Positions 48,181-57,127 of a stretch of 64,000 nt of DNA are shown piece by piece (position 1 is the stretch's first letter; each line of letters starts with the position of its first letter). The stretch lies in NCBI GenBank assembly GCA_963801315.1, contig CAWDEI010000002.1:405887-469886 (forward strand). The letters are read 5' to 3'. The position numbers were made by a program, and so were the translations under genes. The notes beneath the pieces were generated by a model. The model did not search any database and was not told where the DNA came from. It saw only the letters and a list, made by a program, of their open reading frames with translations. The DNA comes from an uncultured Acidimicrobiales bacterium. Its GTDB lineage: Bacteria > Actinomycetota > Acidimicrobiia > Acidimicrobiales > CAVXTF01.

Positions 48181-48226
48181 ACTCGTAATGCGCAGGTCAA
48201 GCGTTCAGGTCCCTTCCCAGGCTCGA
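48181..48226 (+). repeat. Degenerate third copy of the tRNA-Thr 3' part
   Basis: actcgtaatgcgcaggtcaagcgttcaggtcccttcccaggctcga matches 42565-42610 with 5 mismatches in 46 nt. Confidence 0.75.
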
Positions 48227-48363
48227 CATCGCTTCGCTCGAGCAAGAGACTCCGGCAAAGGACAGGTGACACACCCCGATGGGAGGGTTGGTCACGTTTT
48301 CCGGGCTCCGAGGTGGGGTACCAGAAAACGGGAAGCATCTACCGCCTACTCACAGATTGCGAC

Positions 48364-48396
48364 CGGCCCGCCCTAGCGAGGCGGGTCGTTTGCTTG
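48364..48396 (+). terminator. Terminator-like hairpin downstream of the oldest tRNA fragment
   Basis: cggCCCGCC-ctagcga-GGCGGGtcg is followed by tttgcttg. Confidence 0.3.
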
Positions 48397-48467
48397 CTGC
48401 ACACGTAGTTGCCAGCAGAGGTGGGCCTTCGCATCACTCACCACCCGATCTGCCGTCGACGCTGCCA

Positions 48468-48492
48468 GTTATGCAAAGAAGGCTCTGGGTAT
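48468..48492 (+). promoter_or_regulatory. SigF/SigB-type promoter candidate GTTA-N15-GGGTAT
   Basis: ccaGTTAtgcaaagaaggctctGGGTATgg lies about 60 nt upstream of the RsbW-like gene. Confidence 0.4.
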
Positions 48493-48552
48493 GGTCGAGA
48501 TGAGACGTCGCACGTCTTCGAACACAAAGCAGGCCTGCAGGGCCGGCATCGT

Positions 48553-48969
48553 TTGATCAACGACTCACGGTTCGCGTTTACAGGCACGAGGCAAATCTTG
48601 ATTCGAACCGAACGTAACTTCGACTCGAACGTCGAGGAAGTGACCGCGGCCCGGCGCTTCGCCCAGGTTGTGGTCGCAGACTGGGGCATCTCGCCCGAGG
48701 ACGTCGTGTTGGTGGTGGGCGAGTTGGCTGCGAATGCCCTGCGCCACGCCGGAGGCAACTTCAATGTCGCGCTCGACTACTTCGACGGAGCTCTGCTCGT
48801 CGAGGTGACCGATGGCAGCCCGGAGACCCCTCAGATCGTCGACGCGCCTTCAGGTGCAAGAAGTGGGCGCGGGCTCGTGATCGTCGACCGCGTCGCCAGA
48901 ACATGGGGAATCCGGCCCACATCCACCGGCGGCAAGACGGTGTGGGCCGAGCTCGACGGGAGAAGCTGA
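48553..48969 (+). CDS. Anti-sigma-factor-type Ser kinase (RsbW/SpoIIAB-like, HATPase_c_2)
   Basis: EEVTAARRFAQVVVADWGISPEDVVLVVGELAANALRHAGG...LLVEVTDGSPETP...GRGLVIVDRVARTWG. TTG 48553 gives the usual length of about 138 aa. Confidence 0.75.
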   Translation: MINDSRFAFTGTRQILIRTERNFDSNVEEVTAARRFAQVVVADWGISPEDVVLVVGELAANALRHAGGNFNVALDYFDGALLVEVTDGSPETPQIVDAPSGARSGRGLVIVDRVARTWGIRPTSTGGKTVWAELDGRS

Positions 48970-48977
48970 TCGACGAG

Positions 48978-49346
48978 CTACTCCGCTCTCTCGAGATCCC
49001 ACACGGTGGCAAGCGCGCCGTTCAATCGCAGCATGTCGATCACGCGGCTCACTTTCGGGCTCGGGCGGCTCACGACGATGTGGCCGCCTGCGGTGCGAGC
49101 ACGTTCAGCAGCAGCGACGAGCGTACCGATGCCCGAAGCGTCGATGAACTCGACGGCCGCCATGTCTATGACGACGTCAACGCTCCCGGCGTCGAGCAAC
49201 CTCTCCAACTCGAGCTCGAGCCGTGGAGAGCTCGCCACATCCACCTCGCCCGCGATCGTCAACAGCACAGATGGCCGATCGCCGTCCGCAGTAACCCCGG
49301 CGCGGGCATTAGCTGCGCTGACCTCGAACTTTGCCAACTCGGTCAT
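48978..49346 (-). CDS. STAS-domain anti-sigma-factor antagonist
   Basis: LLTIAGEVDVASSPRLELELERLL...VVIDMAAVEFIDASGIGTLVAAAERARTAGGHIVV. Confidence 0.85.
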   Translation of the reverse strand: MTELAKFEVSAANARAGVTADGDRPSVLLTIAGEVDVASSPRLELELERLLDAGSVDVVIDMAAVEFIDASGIGTLVAAAERARTAGGHIVVSRPSPKVSRVIDMLRLNGALATVWDLERAE

Positions 49347-49404
49347 GATCGAATCCTCGAACTCCGGTCACAAGGCGAGCTTGACGGTCCAAGCTGGAGC
49401 CACG

Positions 49405-49433
49405 ATTTTATCCAGTCCATTTGGACCCGTCAC
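49405..49433 (-). promoter_or_regulatory. Sigma-70-type promoter candidate GTGACG-N17-TAAAAT (minus strand)
   Basis: The reverse complement of 49405-49433 reads GTGACGggtccaaatggactggaTAAAAT. It lies about 59 nt upstream of the STAS gene start at 49346. Confidence 0.3.
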
Positions 49434-49503
49434 CTGCGGTCAGGATTGCTCGCGCCGGTGCCGACGATCGCCCGGTGCTCTGGGACATTGAGTCGCCAGA
49501 GTC

Positions 49504-49528
49504 GTTATCGCGCAGTCCGTGCGGGTAT
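49504..49528 (+). promoter_or_regulatory. SigF/SigB-type promoter candidate GTTA-N15-GGGTAT
   Basis: gtcGTTAtcgcgcagtccgtgcGGGTATgg ends 9 nt before GTG 49538, giving a nearly leaderless transcript. Confidence 0.4.
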
Positions 49529-49537
49529 GGGCCCGGA

Positions 49538-49888
49538 GTGGTTGCAACATCGCTCGGTGAGTCGGATCCGCCGGACCTGTCGGTCGGTCAAGGGTGCTCG
49601 ATCGAGCTCAGGTGCGATGCAGCTCGTGCCACGTTGATCGTACGAGGCAGTTTGGACGTATGGTCGCTCGCAGCACTCAACGCCCAACTGGACCAGCTGA
49701 CCTATACGCCGAACGAGTATCTGACCATCGACATGCGGGGCGTCTCCAGCATCGACGGCGCTGTGGTCGGGGCTCTCGAGAGCTTCGCCCGCTCTACCGC
49801 GATCTCCGGCCGCAGCCTGTCGATCAGGTGCGACCCAGGCCCAGCGGTTGGCTGGCTCTACGCGTCCGGCCTCGATCCGCTCGTTTGA
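49538..49888 (+). CDS. STAS-domain protein (second antagonist-like paralogue)
   Basis: ATLIVRGSLDVWSLAALNAQLDQL...LTIDMRGVSSIDGAVVGALESFARSTAISGRSLSI. The start is uncertain (the track ORF begins at 49421). Confidence 0.6.
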   Translation: MVATSLGESDPPDLSVGQGCSIELRCDAARATLIVRGSLDVWSLAALNAQLDQLTYTPNEYLTIDMRGVSSIDGAVVGALESFARSTAISGRSLSIRCDPGPAVGWLYASGLDPLV

Positions 49889-49948
49889 CTCACCCCTCCG
49901 CGCCGCCGGTGCGCTGCCTGCTCTTCTGACTCCGAGTGCCGAAGCGCG

Positions 49949-50149
49949 CTACTTGCTCGGCTGGGGAAGTTTGCAGGCGTGGATCTCCGGGTTGACCCCC
50001 ACGTAGTTGAGGGGTCCCGCGACGATCGTCACCGCGATCGTGCCGGCCTTGGTGCAGTTCGTGTCAGACCCGCTGAAGTAGTGCCGTTGGCCCGCGGCGA
50101 TGACACCGATCACGAGCCACGCCACGAGAAGCAACGTCCCTATGCGCAT
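49949..50149 (-). CDS. Small membrane-anchored protein
   Basis: 66 aa: MRIGTLLLVAWLVIGVIAAGQRHYF, then a short Cys-containing tail. Confidence 0.5.
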   Translation of the reverse strand: MRIGTLLLVAWLVIGVIAAGQRHYFSGSDTNCTKAGTIAVTIVAGPLNYVGVNPEIHACKLPQPSK

Positions 50150-50326
50150 GAACCTCTCACCTCACACTCGCCTGTATCCGGCCTCGAACATCGAGGAAAC
50201 GCTGAACGCCAGGAGAATGCCGGAGTGTTTGTGGACATGTTTATCGCCAGACAGGTACCCGAATTGTTTAGAGGTAACCGTCTGCGCGAGCTTCTCCGGC
50301 TTGGAGGCTCAACGGTTGACGCGACC

Positions 50327-50352
50327 GTTTGAGGCGCGTCGCATCTGGGGAT
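50327..50352 (+). promoter_or_regulatory. SigF/SigB-type promoter candidate GTTT-N16-GGGGAT
   Basis: ccGTTTgaggcgcgtcgcatctGGGGATgc lies about 72 nt upstream of the CsbD-like gene. Confidence 0.3.
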
Positions 50353-50424
50353 GCTCTCGGTAACGCATCGCTCATCGCTATGAGAGTGGTGCCCAGCTAG
50401 CAACGGAAGGAAAGGACAGAACTG

Positions 50425-50664
50425 ATGGCAAGCGGACCCAAGGAAGCCACCACCGGCGTCGTCGAAGAGGTCAAAGGCAGGGCCAAGGAAGCCGCCGGCG
50501 CGGTGACGAACAACGACAAGCTCGTCTCCGAAGGAAAGGCGCAGCAGGACAAGGCGCAAGCCGCCCGAGATGCAGCCAAGCGCGAAGCGCAAGCTGAGGT
50601 CCACCGTGCCGAAGAACAGGCATCTGAGGGCCGCGAGCGCGCAGCACAGGAGGGTCGTTCCTGA
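50425..50664 (+). CDS. CsbD-family general stress protein
   Basis: GVVEEVKGRAKEAAGAVTNNDKLVSEGKAQQDKAQ matches the CsbD repeat pattern. Confidence 0.85.
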   Translation: MASGPKEATTGVVEEVKGRAKEAAGAVTNNDKLVSEGKAQQDKAQAARDAAKREAQAEVHRAEEQASEGRERAAQEGRS

Positions 50665-50834
50665 TGGGACTCATCCTGCTCGTGCTGCTGCTGGCTCTTC
50701 TGTTGGGAGCGGGCGGTTTTGCCGTTCACACGCTGTGGATAATCGCGCTCGTCGTGCTTTTCGTGTGGGTGCTGGGCTTCGCCTTCGCTCGCGGCGAAGG
50801 GTCGGGTGGGCGCGCCCGCTGGTACCGATGGTAA
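50664..50834 (+). CDS. Possible 56-aa double-TM hydrophobic peptide
   Basis: My own reading gives MGLILLVLLLALLLGAGGFAVHTLWIIALVVLFVWVLGFAFARGEGSGGRARWYRW. Its ATG overlaps the csbD stop (TGATG). Confidence 0.45.
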   Translation: MGLILLVLLLALLLGAGGFAVHTLWIIALVVLFVWVLGFAFARGEGSGGRARWYRW

Positions 50835-50855
50835 ATCGAAGCCGAGAGTGCGGCA

Positions 50856-50881
50856 GTTTCTTTACCAGTATTCTCGGGCAC
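50856..50881 (+). promoter_or_regulatory. Weaker SigF/SigB-type promoter candidate GTTT-N16-GGGCAC
   Basis: caGTTTctttaccagtattctcGGGCACtt lies about 55 nt upstream of ATG 50937. Confidence 0.2.
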
Positions 50882-50936
50882 TTTTCGGGTAGAAGGCAAC
50901 TCTGAGGCGCGTAACCGTAAGAGGAGGTTGTTCGAA

Positions 50937-51191
50937 ATGATAAGCGGTATAGCTGCGAGTGTCGTGGTGTTCGCACTAGGCGCAATTCTTGACTTCGCTG
51001 TCACTGTGAGCCCGTATCAACACGGTTTCAACATCCGTACCGTCGGCGTGATCCTGATGATCGTCGGAGCGGTTGGGTTCGTGCTGTCGCTTCTGGCGCT
51101 CGGTGTAGGCGGGACGGGTTTCCGTAGGCACCGAACAGTCGTCGACGACGGGCGCGGCAACGTCATGCGTCGGGAGGACACCTACACCTAG
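50937..51191 (+). CDS. Small two-TM membrane protein (DUF6458-like)
   Basis: MISGIAASVVVFALGAILDFAVT...TVGVILMIVGAVGFVLSLLAL. GGAGG lies 9 nt upstream of ATG 50937 (the track ORF starts at TTG 50928). Confidence 0.6.
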   Translation: MISGIAASVVVFALGAILDFAVTVSPYQHGFNIRTVGVILMIVGAVGFVLSLLALGVGGTGFRRHRTVVDDGRGNVMRREDTYT

Positions 51192-51242
51192 ATCTCTGCA
51201 GGACGTGTTCCGCGCCTCTGCGAAGGGGAAAGGAGAAGAGCC

Positions 51243-51323
51243 GTGTACATCGGATTGGGAACTGTCGTACTGATCCTCGTCATAATCGCCATTTTCATGA
51301 TGATGCGACGAAGCAGCGTGTGA
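51243..51323 (+). CDS. Possible 26-aa single-TM peptide
   Basis: My own reading gives VYIGLGTVVLILVIIAIFMMMRRSSV, with AAGGAG 8 nt upstream of the GTG. Confidence 0.35.
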   Translation: MYIGLGTVVLILVIIAIFMMMRRSSV

Positions 51324-51431
51324 CAGCCCGGCTGTTCGAGATGAGGGTGCCGCCGGTTGCTCCGAGAGGGAGACCGGCGGCATCTTCGCGTCTCGACCCA
51401 CCCCCGGAGGGCCGGGAACTAGCTTTGTCGT

Positions 51432-52508
51432 ATGGGGCGTTCTGGAGAATCCGCAAGACGTCGTGCGCAGGATCGTCCCCTGACGAATCTCGAACGCGTG
51501 ATGGATGCGATTCGGGTAAGGGCCGTCCACCGTTTGGGTGGAGAGATGCCACAACGCGGGCTCACCTACGGCGAACTCGTGGACTTGCTGTATCCGACGT
51601 TGGACGACCCTGAAGTCCGCCGAGCAGTCGATGCGGCCGGCGAGGGAGAGTTGGGAGATCCGTCGACGATCCGCCGGATGCTTGGCGCGGTCGAACACCA
51701 ACTTGCGCCGACGGCGTTCTCGGTCCGTCTCGCCCGGGACGACGTCACCCTGGTGCGTGTGGGTGATGTCGAGCTTCTGTGTGACGCTGCCGACCTTTCA
51801 GTCTCCCTGACCTTGCGGGCCGGCGAATACGAACCACACCTGACCGACGTCTTCAAGCGTTTCTGCCGGCCCGGGATGACGGTCGTCGACGTTGGAGCGA
51901 ACATCGGCTACTACTCGATATTGGCCTCCGAGCTCGTCGGACCGGAGGGCAGGGTCATTGCGATCGAGCCGAATTCGGAGAACTGCCGTCTGCTGCTCAG
52001 CACGATGCGCCTCCAGGGGCGGAGCAACATAACCCTGCTGCCCGTGGCGTGCGACACGCAGACAGGTTGGGCCTATTACTCGACCCACATCGGCTCGAAC
52101 GGCAGCCTCGTGGACAACGAGGACCTCCTGGCGACTCCCGGCACGGTGGTGCCGACGTTCCGGCTTGAGGACCTGGTGGACGAGCCGGTCGGTTTGTTGA
52201 AGATAGACGTGGAGGGAGCCGAGGCCCGGGTCGTCGCAGGAGCTCGCAAGCTGATCGAGCGACATCGTCCCGTTGTCACGACCGAGCTCAGCGAAGCGAT
52301 GTTGGAAGAGGTGTCCGGATCGACCCCGTCGGAATATCTGAGTTATTTCCACGGCCTCGGCTACTCCCTTGCCGTCATCGACCGCAAGAGCGGGACACCG
52401 AAGCAGTACCCGACGGTGCGTGCGCTCCTGCTCGACTGGCGCGAGCACTACCAGATCGAGGACCTTCTCCTCACTCCACCCGACTATGACGCTCCGCCGG
52501 CCTCCTAG
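51432..52508 (+). CDS. FkbM-family SAM-dependent methyltransferase
   Basis: MTVVDVGANIGYYSILAS...VIAIEPNSENC...LLKIDVEGAEARVV. The start is uncertain (an internal ATG at about 51501 is possible). Confidence 0.8.
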   Translation: MGRSGESARRRAQDRPLTNLERVMDAIRVRAVHRLGGEMPQRGLTYGELVDLLYPTLDDPEVRRAVDAAGEGELGDPSTIRRMLGAVEHQLAPTAFSVRLARDDVTLVRVGDVELLCDAADLSVSLTLRAGEYEPHLTDVFKRFCRPGMTVVDVGANIGYYSILASELVGPEGRVIAIEPNSENCRLLLSTMRLQGRSNITLLPVACDTQTGWAYYSTHIGSNGSLVDNEDLLATPGTVVPTFRLEDLVDEPVGLLKIDVEGAEARVVAGARKLIERHRPVVTTELSEAMLEEVSGSTPSEYLSYFHGLGYSLAVIDRKSGTPKQYPTVRALLLDWREHYQIEDLLLTPPDYDAPPAS

Positions 52509-52640
52509 GCCGGAAGTGTGCTCGTATGACAGTTCAGTTAGCCTCCGAGCGCTGTAGGCAATAGAACGCTCCCGCGCCGAGGACGGTTCCCTGATGCCCG
52601 CAATGGGCGGAGCTCCGCAGACCGACGACCCGAACGTCGT

Positions 52641-53864
52641 GTGAGGCCCGCTCGCGACGACAATTCACCGAGGCTCCGCCGCTCGGCCCCGCTGGCCGGC
52701 GCGGCAGTGGTCGCGGCAGCTGCGGCACTTGCGGCCGGCCTGCTCGTAGGGAGCTCGGCACCGAAGTCCGGGACGTCAGCAGATGCGTGGCCCACAACGA
52801 CACTCGCGTCTTCCTTCGTGACACCCGCGGGGTCCTGGGCGATCCTTCCCATGGGGCGCCTTGGTGATCCGCTCAACACGTTCTGGCAGTTGTTCTTCCG
52901 TCCCTACGGCCGATCGGATTGGAATCTCGTCACACCACCGGGCGTCGCCGACAACGGAGGGTTCGCGGCATCACCGGGTCCCGACGGCTCGATCGCCGTG
53001 GTGTTCGATCCGAACAACCTGTTGACCTTCTCTCCCTTCGCCGTCAGCTCCGACGAAGGAACGAAATGGAGCGCAGGCCTGATCCCTTTCGGGATCGCGC
53101 CGGTGCCCGACGTCCTGACAGCACCCTCTTCACCGGACTCGCAGCTCGCCGCCATCGAAGACGGCGGCTCCACGGTCGCGATGGGGACGGCGAGCGAGAC
53201 GAGTTGGCCGACCATCTACACGAGGACCGAACTGGCGGCGTCCGGACCGGGCCGCTCGTGCGGTGTCGGCAAGCTGACGGCGCTCGCAGCTTCGGGTAAT
53301 GGCGAGCTCGTCGGGTCGGATTGCACGACTCCGGGCGTGGTCGGGATCTTCCAGGACGCAAGCGGCGTCCCGGGCGGACGAACCTTGCAACTCGTCGGTC
53401 CGAAGCTTGCCCCGTCCGACGGAGAGTTCAGCGTTCTGCGCCTGTCGGAACAGGGAGGCCGGGTCGTCGCTTTGATCGACAGCAGGAGGGGGTCGGTCAA
53501 CGTTCTCTACGGGCTTAGCGGCGTTGGGCAGCCCTATGCGTGGTCATACTCCGAAGCCCTTCCCCTCCCTTCGCGCGCTGTGATCGTCTCGTCGGGATTC
53601 GGGCCGAACGGGACTCTCGTCGTCGAGACCAAGTCACCCACAGGCGCTCTCGAAGCAGCGGTCACGAGAACGAACGTCGAAACGGCTTGGCAGTACCTGC
53701 CTTCTCTGCCCGCCGGCACAGAGAGCGTGTCGGTCTCAGCTGACGGGAAGGTCGACGCGCTGAGCGCGAGCTTGTCCGAGCTGACCGACTGGGAGCTCGT
53801 CGACGGGGCATGGGCGAAGAACCAGGTGCTCATAGTCCCGATCCAGTACGGGTCGTCGAGCTGA
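52641..53864 (+). CDS. Secreted hypothetical protein, beta-rich
   Basis: N-terminus RLRRSAPLAGAAVVAAAAALAAGLLVG (signal or Tat-like), then 370 aa without a recognisable motif. Confidence 0.55.
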   Translation: MRPARDDNSPRLRRSAPLAGAAVVAAAAALAAGLLVGSSAPKSGTSADAWPTTTLASSFVTPAGSWAILPMGRLGDPLNTFWQLFFRPYGRSDWNLVTPPGVADNGGFAASPGPDGSIAVVFDPNNLLTFSPFAVSSDEGTKWSAGLIPFGIAPVPDVLTAPSSPDSQLAAIEDGGSTVAMGTASETSWPTIYTRTELAASGPGRSCGVGKLTALAASGNGELVGSDCTTPGVVGIFQDASGVPGGRTLQLVGPKLAPSDGEFSVLRLSEQGGRVVALIDSRRGSVNVLYGLSGVGQPYAWSYSEALPLPSRAVIVSSGFGPNGTLVVETKSPTGALEAAVTRTNVETAWQYLPSLPAGTESVSVSADGKVDALSASLSELTDWELVDGAWAKNQVLIVPIQYGSSS

Positions 53865-53883
53865 GCCGCGGCCGACCGGCGGC

Positions 53884-54534
53884 TCAGGGCGACGGCGGAA
53901 CCGTCGGAGGAGCGACCGGGTTGGACGGCACGGTTCCGCGCGCCAGGAAAGTGATTGCGGTCCCGAGGAAATGCTCATCCACGGCGTCGGGGTCGAGTGC
54001 CCGCAATATCCCGACTCCCCGGAAGAAGGATTCGATGATCATCGCGACATGCTTCGCCGGTTCGTCGGTCTCGATGCCCCATCGCTTCCTTTCGGATTCG
54101 ATTATGTCGGCGACCGAATCGACGATCGCGTCGTTGAGCTGCACCAGTCGTTCGCGCGCCGCCGGGTTGCGCATCGCGTAGACACAGAACTCCAGGTACA
54201 GACCGGGCCAATTGCCCGGTGCTTGTGTGAGCTCGTCGCGGATAAGCGCGACGAAGTCATATAGGCGCGACTCGGGCGGGACCTCCGAGGCGAGTGCCTC
54301 GTGGAGGGCCTCGGACTCGCGGGCCCAGTATCTCTCCAGCAGGGCGAGGAACAGGTCCTCTTTGTTCTTGAAGTTCGAGTAGACGGCGCCCTTCGTGAAA
54401 CCGGCAGCCGCAGCCACCTCGTCCAACGAGGCGCCGTGGAAACCGCGCTCAGCGAACACCTGAGCGGCGGCGTCGAGCAGGTGGTCGCGCGTGAGCCGGC
54501 GCCTCCGGTCGGGTGTGAGGGGATCGAGTGCCAT
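53884..54534 (-). CDS. TetR/AcrR-family transcriptional regulator
   Basis: LLDAAAQVFAERGFHGASLDEVAAAAGFTKGAVYSNFKNKEDLFLALLE. Confidence 0.9.
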   Translation of the reverse strand: MALDPLTPDRRRRLTRDHLLDAAAQVFAERGFHGASLDEVAAAAGFTKGAVYSNFKNKEDLFLALLERYWARESEALHEALASEVPPESRLYDFVALIRDELTQAPGNWPGLYLEFCVYAMRNPAARERLVQLNDAIVDSVADIIESERKRWGIETDEPAKHVAMIIESFFRGVGILRALDPDAVDEHFLGTAITFLARGTVPSNPVAPPTVPPSP

Positions 54535-54572
54535 TGAGCCTCGCCCAGAACTATACCAAGAAACCTACTAGA

Positions 54573-54604
54573 CAGTATCTCAGATACTGACTAGTATCTG
54601 AGAC
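54573..54604. promoter_or_regulatory. Palindromic operator candidate in the TetR/ABC divergent gap
   Basis: A perfect palindrome CAGTATCT-c-AGATACTG (54573-54589) is followed by a related half site AGTATCTGAGAC (54593-54604) abutting the GTG of the ABC gene. Confidence 0.5.
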
Positions 54605-55645
54605 GTGCAGCTCACGGTCGAGCCGGAAGTTCCCGCCGACGCGGGTCTGCCGGCGACGGGTGCGCCTCATGGCGGACCTGCGGTGCAGACGGTCGGGCTG
54701 GTCCGTCGGTACGGCGCCTTGACGGCAGTGGACGGTATCGACCTCGAGGTCGCCGAGGGCGAGATCTTCGGATTCCTCGGCCCGAACGGGGCCGGCAAGT
54801 CCACCTTCATCAGGGTGCTCTGCACGCTCCTTCACCCGACGGCAGGGACGGCAACGGTGGCCGGCTACGACGTTGTGGCGAACCCGCAGGAGGTGAGGTT
54901 GCGGATCGGGGTCGCTCTCCAGGAAGCGGCCCTCGACGACCGCCAGACAGGTCGCGAGCTGTTGGCCCTGCAGGGCAGGCTCTACGGCCTGAGATCAGCC
55001 GAGATAAAGGTGCGCCTCGACCAGGTTCTCGAGCTCGTCGACATCGGCTCGTCGATAGACCGGCTGATAGGGACCTATTCGGGCGGCATGAAGCGCAGGC
55101 TCGACCTGGCGGCGGCCCTGATGCACAACCCGGAGATCCTCTTTCTGGACGAGCCGACCACGGGACTCGACCCGACCAGCCGCGAGAGCGTCTGGGCCGA
55201 GGTCAGGAGGCTCAACTCGGAGCTCGGGATGACGATCTTCCTGACGACCCAGTACCTGGAAGAAGCCGACGCCCTCGCGGACCGCGTCGGGTTCATCGCG
55301 CACGGCCGCCTGGCGGCGGTCGGGGCACCCGACGAGCTGAAGAGAGCTATCGGCCAGGACCTGATCGTGGTGGACCTGCACACCGATACCTCGGGCGAGA
55401 TCCGCGGCGACCTCGCTGGCGCCGTCGACGATCTCGGAGGTCTGGCCGCGATCGACAGCGTCTTGACGGAGAACGACAGGCTGGTGCTGTCCACCTCCGA
55501 CGGCCCGGCGGCTCTGAGCAACGTGGCGATCGTGCTCGGCGAGGCGCGCCTCGAGGTGAAGAGCATCACCCTTCGCACACCCACCCTCGACGACGTGTAC
55601 CGCGAGCTGACTCATTCCCCGACAACCGATGGCGAGGTGCGATGA
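54605..55645 (+). CDS. ABC transporter ATP-binding protein (DrrA-like, ABC-2 exporter)
   Basis: GFLGPNGAGKSTFIRVL (Walker A); YSGGMKRRLDLAAAL (signature); ILFLDEPTTGLD (Walker B). The true start may be internal. Confidence 0.9.
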   Translation: MQLTVEPEVPADAGLPATGAPHGGPAVQTVGLVRRYGALTAVDGIDLEVAEGEIFGFLGPNGAGKSTFIRVLCTLLHPTAGTATVAGYDVVANPQEVRLRIGVALQEAALDDRQTGRELLALQGRLYGLRSAEIKVRLDQVLELVDIGSSIDRLIGTYSGGMKRRLDLAAALMHNPEILFLDEPTTGLDPTSRESVWAEVRRLNSELGMTIFLTTQYLEEADALADRVGFIAHGRLAAVGAPDELKRAIGQDLIVVDLHTDTSGEIRGDLAGAVDDLGGLAAIDSVLTENDRLVLSTSDGPAALSNVAIVLGEARLEVKSITLRTPTLDDVYRELTHSPTTDGEVR

Positions 55646-56481
55646 GGAACACCGCTCGAGCGGGCAACGTGAGCGCAGCCTGGGCCTCGCCGGACGTTGC
55701 GACCCCGACGATCAGGGGCAAAGAGGCCGGTATTGCACGGGACCTGGTGTCCGTGGCGGGCCGGGCGCTGCGCCAGATCCCGCGTGAGCCCGCGTCCGTC
55801 CTTCCCGCGGTCTTCGTTCCCGCTTTCTTCTATGCCGTCAATCTCGGGGCGCTCGAAAAGTTCGCCAAGGGCGCGTTCGACTACAAGGCATTTCTGCTCC
55901 CGATGGCGATCGCCTTCGCTGTGACCGGGATGTCCCGGGCACCCACCCTCGTGACGGACATCCAGAGCGGTTACTTCGACCGCCTCTGCATGACGCCCAT
56001 TCGCCGGTCGGCGTTGCTTCTCGGGCTCATGGCAGCCGATGTGGTCGTGATCATCGCGTTGTGCGTCCCGGTTCTCGCGATCGGTTTCGGTGTCGGCGTC
56101 CGGTTCTCCTCCGGAATAGCGGGCGTGCTCGCGTTCGTGGCGTTCTCGGCGCTTTGGGGTCTCGCCTTCACGGGCTTTCCTTATGCGGTGGCCCTCAAGA
56201 CCGGGAGCCCGGCCGCCGTGAACGCCTCGTTCGTGGTGTTCTTCCCACTCTTCTTCCTTTCCGACGCGGTCGTGCCCAAGCAGTCGCTCACGGGCTGGAT
56301 GTCCGCCATAGCCACCTACAACCCGATCACATATCTGCTCGGGGCTCTGCGCTCACTCATAACCGCAGGGTGGCAGGCCGGAACGGTCCTGGAAGGACTT
56401 GCCGCGCTGGCCGGGATCGGGCTCGTGAGCATGACCCTCGCCCTGTGGGCGCTCAGGGGGAGAGTACTGAGGGGGAGCTGA
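55642..56481 (+). CDS. ABC-2 type transporter permease
   Basis: 279 aa with six hydrophobic segments. The start overlaps the ATPase stop (ATGA). Confidence 0.85.
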   Translation: MRNTARAGNVSAAWASPDVATPTIRGKEAGIARDLVSVAGRALRQIPREPASVLPAVFVPAFFYAVNLGALEKFAKGAFDYKAFLLPMAIAFAVTGMSRAPTLVTDIQSGYFDRLCMTPIRRSALLLGLMAADVVVIIALCVPVLAIGFGVGVRFSSGIAGVLAFVAFSALWGLAFTGFPYAVALKTGSPAAVNASFVVFFPLFFLSDAVVPKQSLTGWMSAIATYNPITYLLGALRSLITAGWQAGTVLEGLAALAGIGLVSMTLALWALRGRVLRGS

Positions 56482-56507
56482 GCCACCCCACGGGTACAGT
56501 GCTCGGT

Positions 56508-57083
56508 ATGGCCGACCGGTCGCAGTTCACCGACCAGGCAATGGAATACATGCCCGCCCTCTACACGGCTGCGCTGCGCATGACCCGCAATGCGGCCGAT
56601 GCCGAGGACCTCGTGCAGGAGACGTTCCTGAAGGCCTACCGCGCCTTCGGGTCCTTCGAGGAAGGCACGAACCTGAAGGCCTGGCTGTACCGGATCCTCA
56701 CGAACACCTTCATAAACACCTATCGCGCCGCCAAGCGCCGGCCGGAGAAGGCCGACGTAGAGGACATCGAGGATCTCTACCTCTACAAGCGCCTCGGCGA
56801 GCTCTCGGCTGCAGGGGTAGGGCGTTCCGCCGAGGACGAGCTTCTCGAGCGGATCACCGACGACGAGGTGAAGCGGGCGATCGAGTCGCTCCCCGAGGCG
56901 TTCCGCATCGCAGTTCTGCTCGCCGACGTAGAGGGGTTCTCGTACAAGGAGATCGCCGAAATAACCGATGTGCCCATCGGCACGGTCATGAGCAGGATCC
57001 ACCGGGGAAGAAGAGCCCTCCAAAAGGCGTTGCTGGACTACGCCGAGGCTCGCGGACTGGTCGCGGCGGACAACCGTGCGTGA
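56508..57083 (+). CDS. sigH: ECF sigma factor, SigH/SigR type
   Basis: [39 protein letters not shown]...[44 protein letters not shown]. It is followed by a ZAS anti-sigma gene. Confidence 0.88.
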   Translation: MADRSQFTDQAMEYMPALYTAALRMTRNAADAEDLVQETFLKAYRAFGSFEEGTNLKAWLYRILTNTFINTYRAAKRRPEKADVEDIEDLYLYKRLGELSAAGVGRSAEDELLERITDDEVKRAIESLPEAFRIAVLLADVEGFSYKEIAEITDVPIGTVMSRIHRGRRALQKALLDYAEARGLVAADNRA

Positions 57084-57127
57084 GCCCGGGGTCATCGGCC
57101 AGCCGACAGAGCGAGGGGAGGAGACAG

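Noticed and set aside
42611-48226. Search for an integrase, excisionase or replication gene in the islets
   Set aside because: No ORF on either strand shows tyrosine or serine recombinase hallmarks. Only the DDE transposase, the NTPase and the S53 peptidase are supportable.
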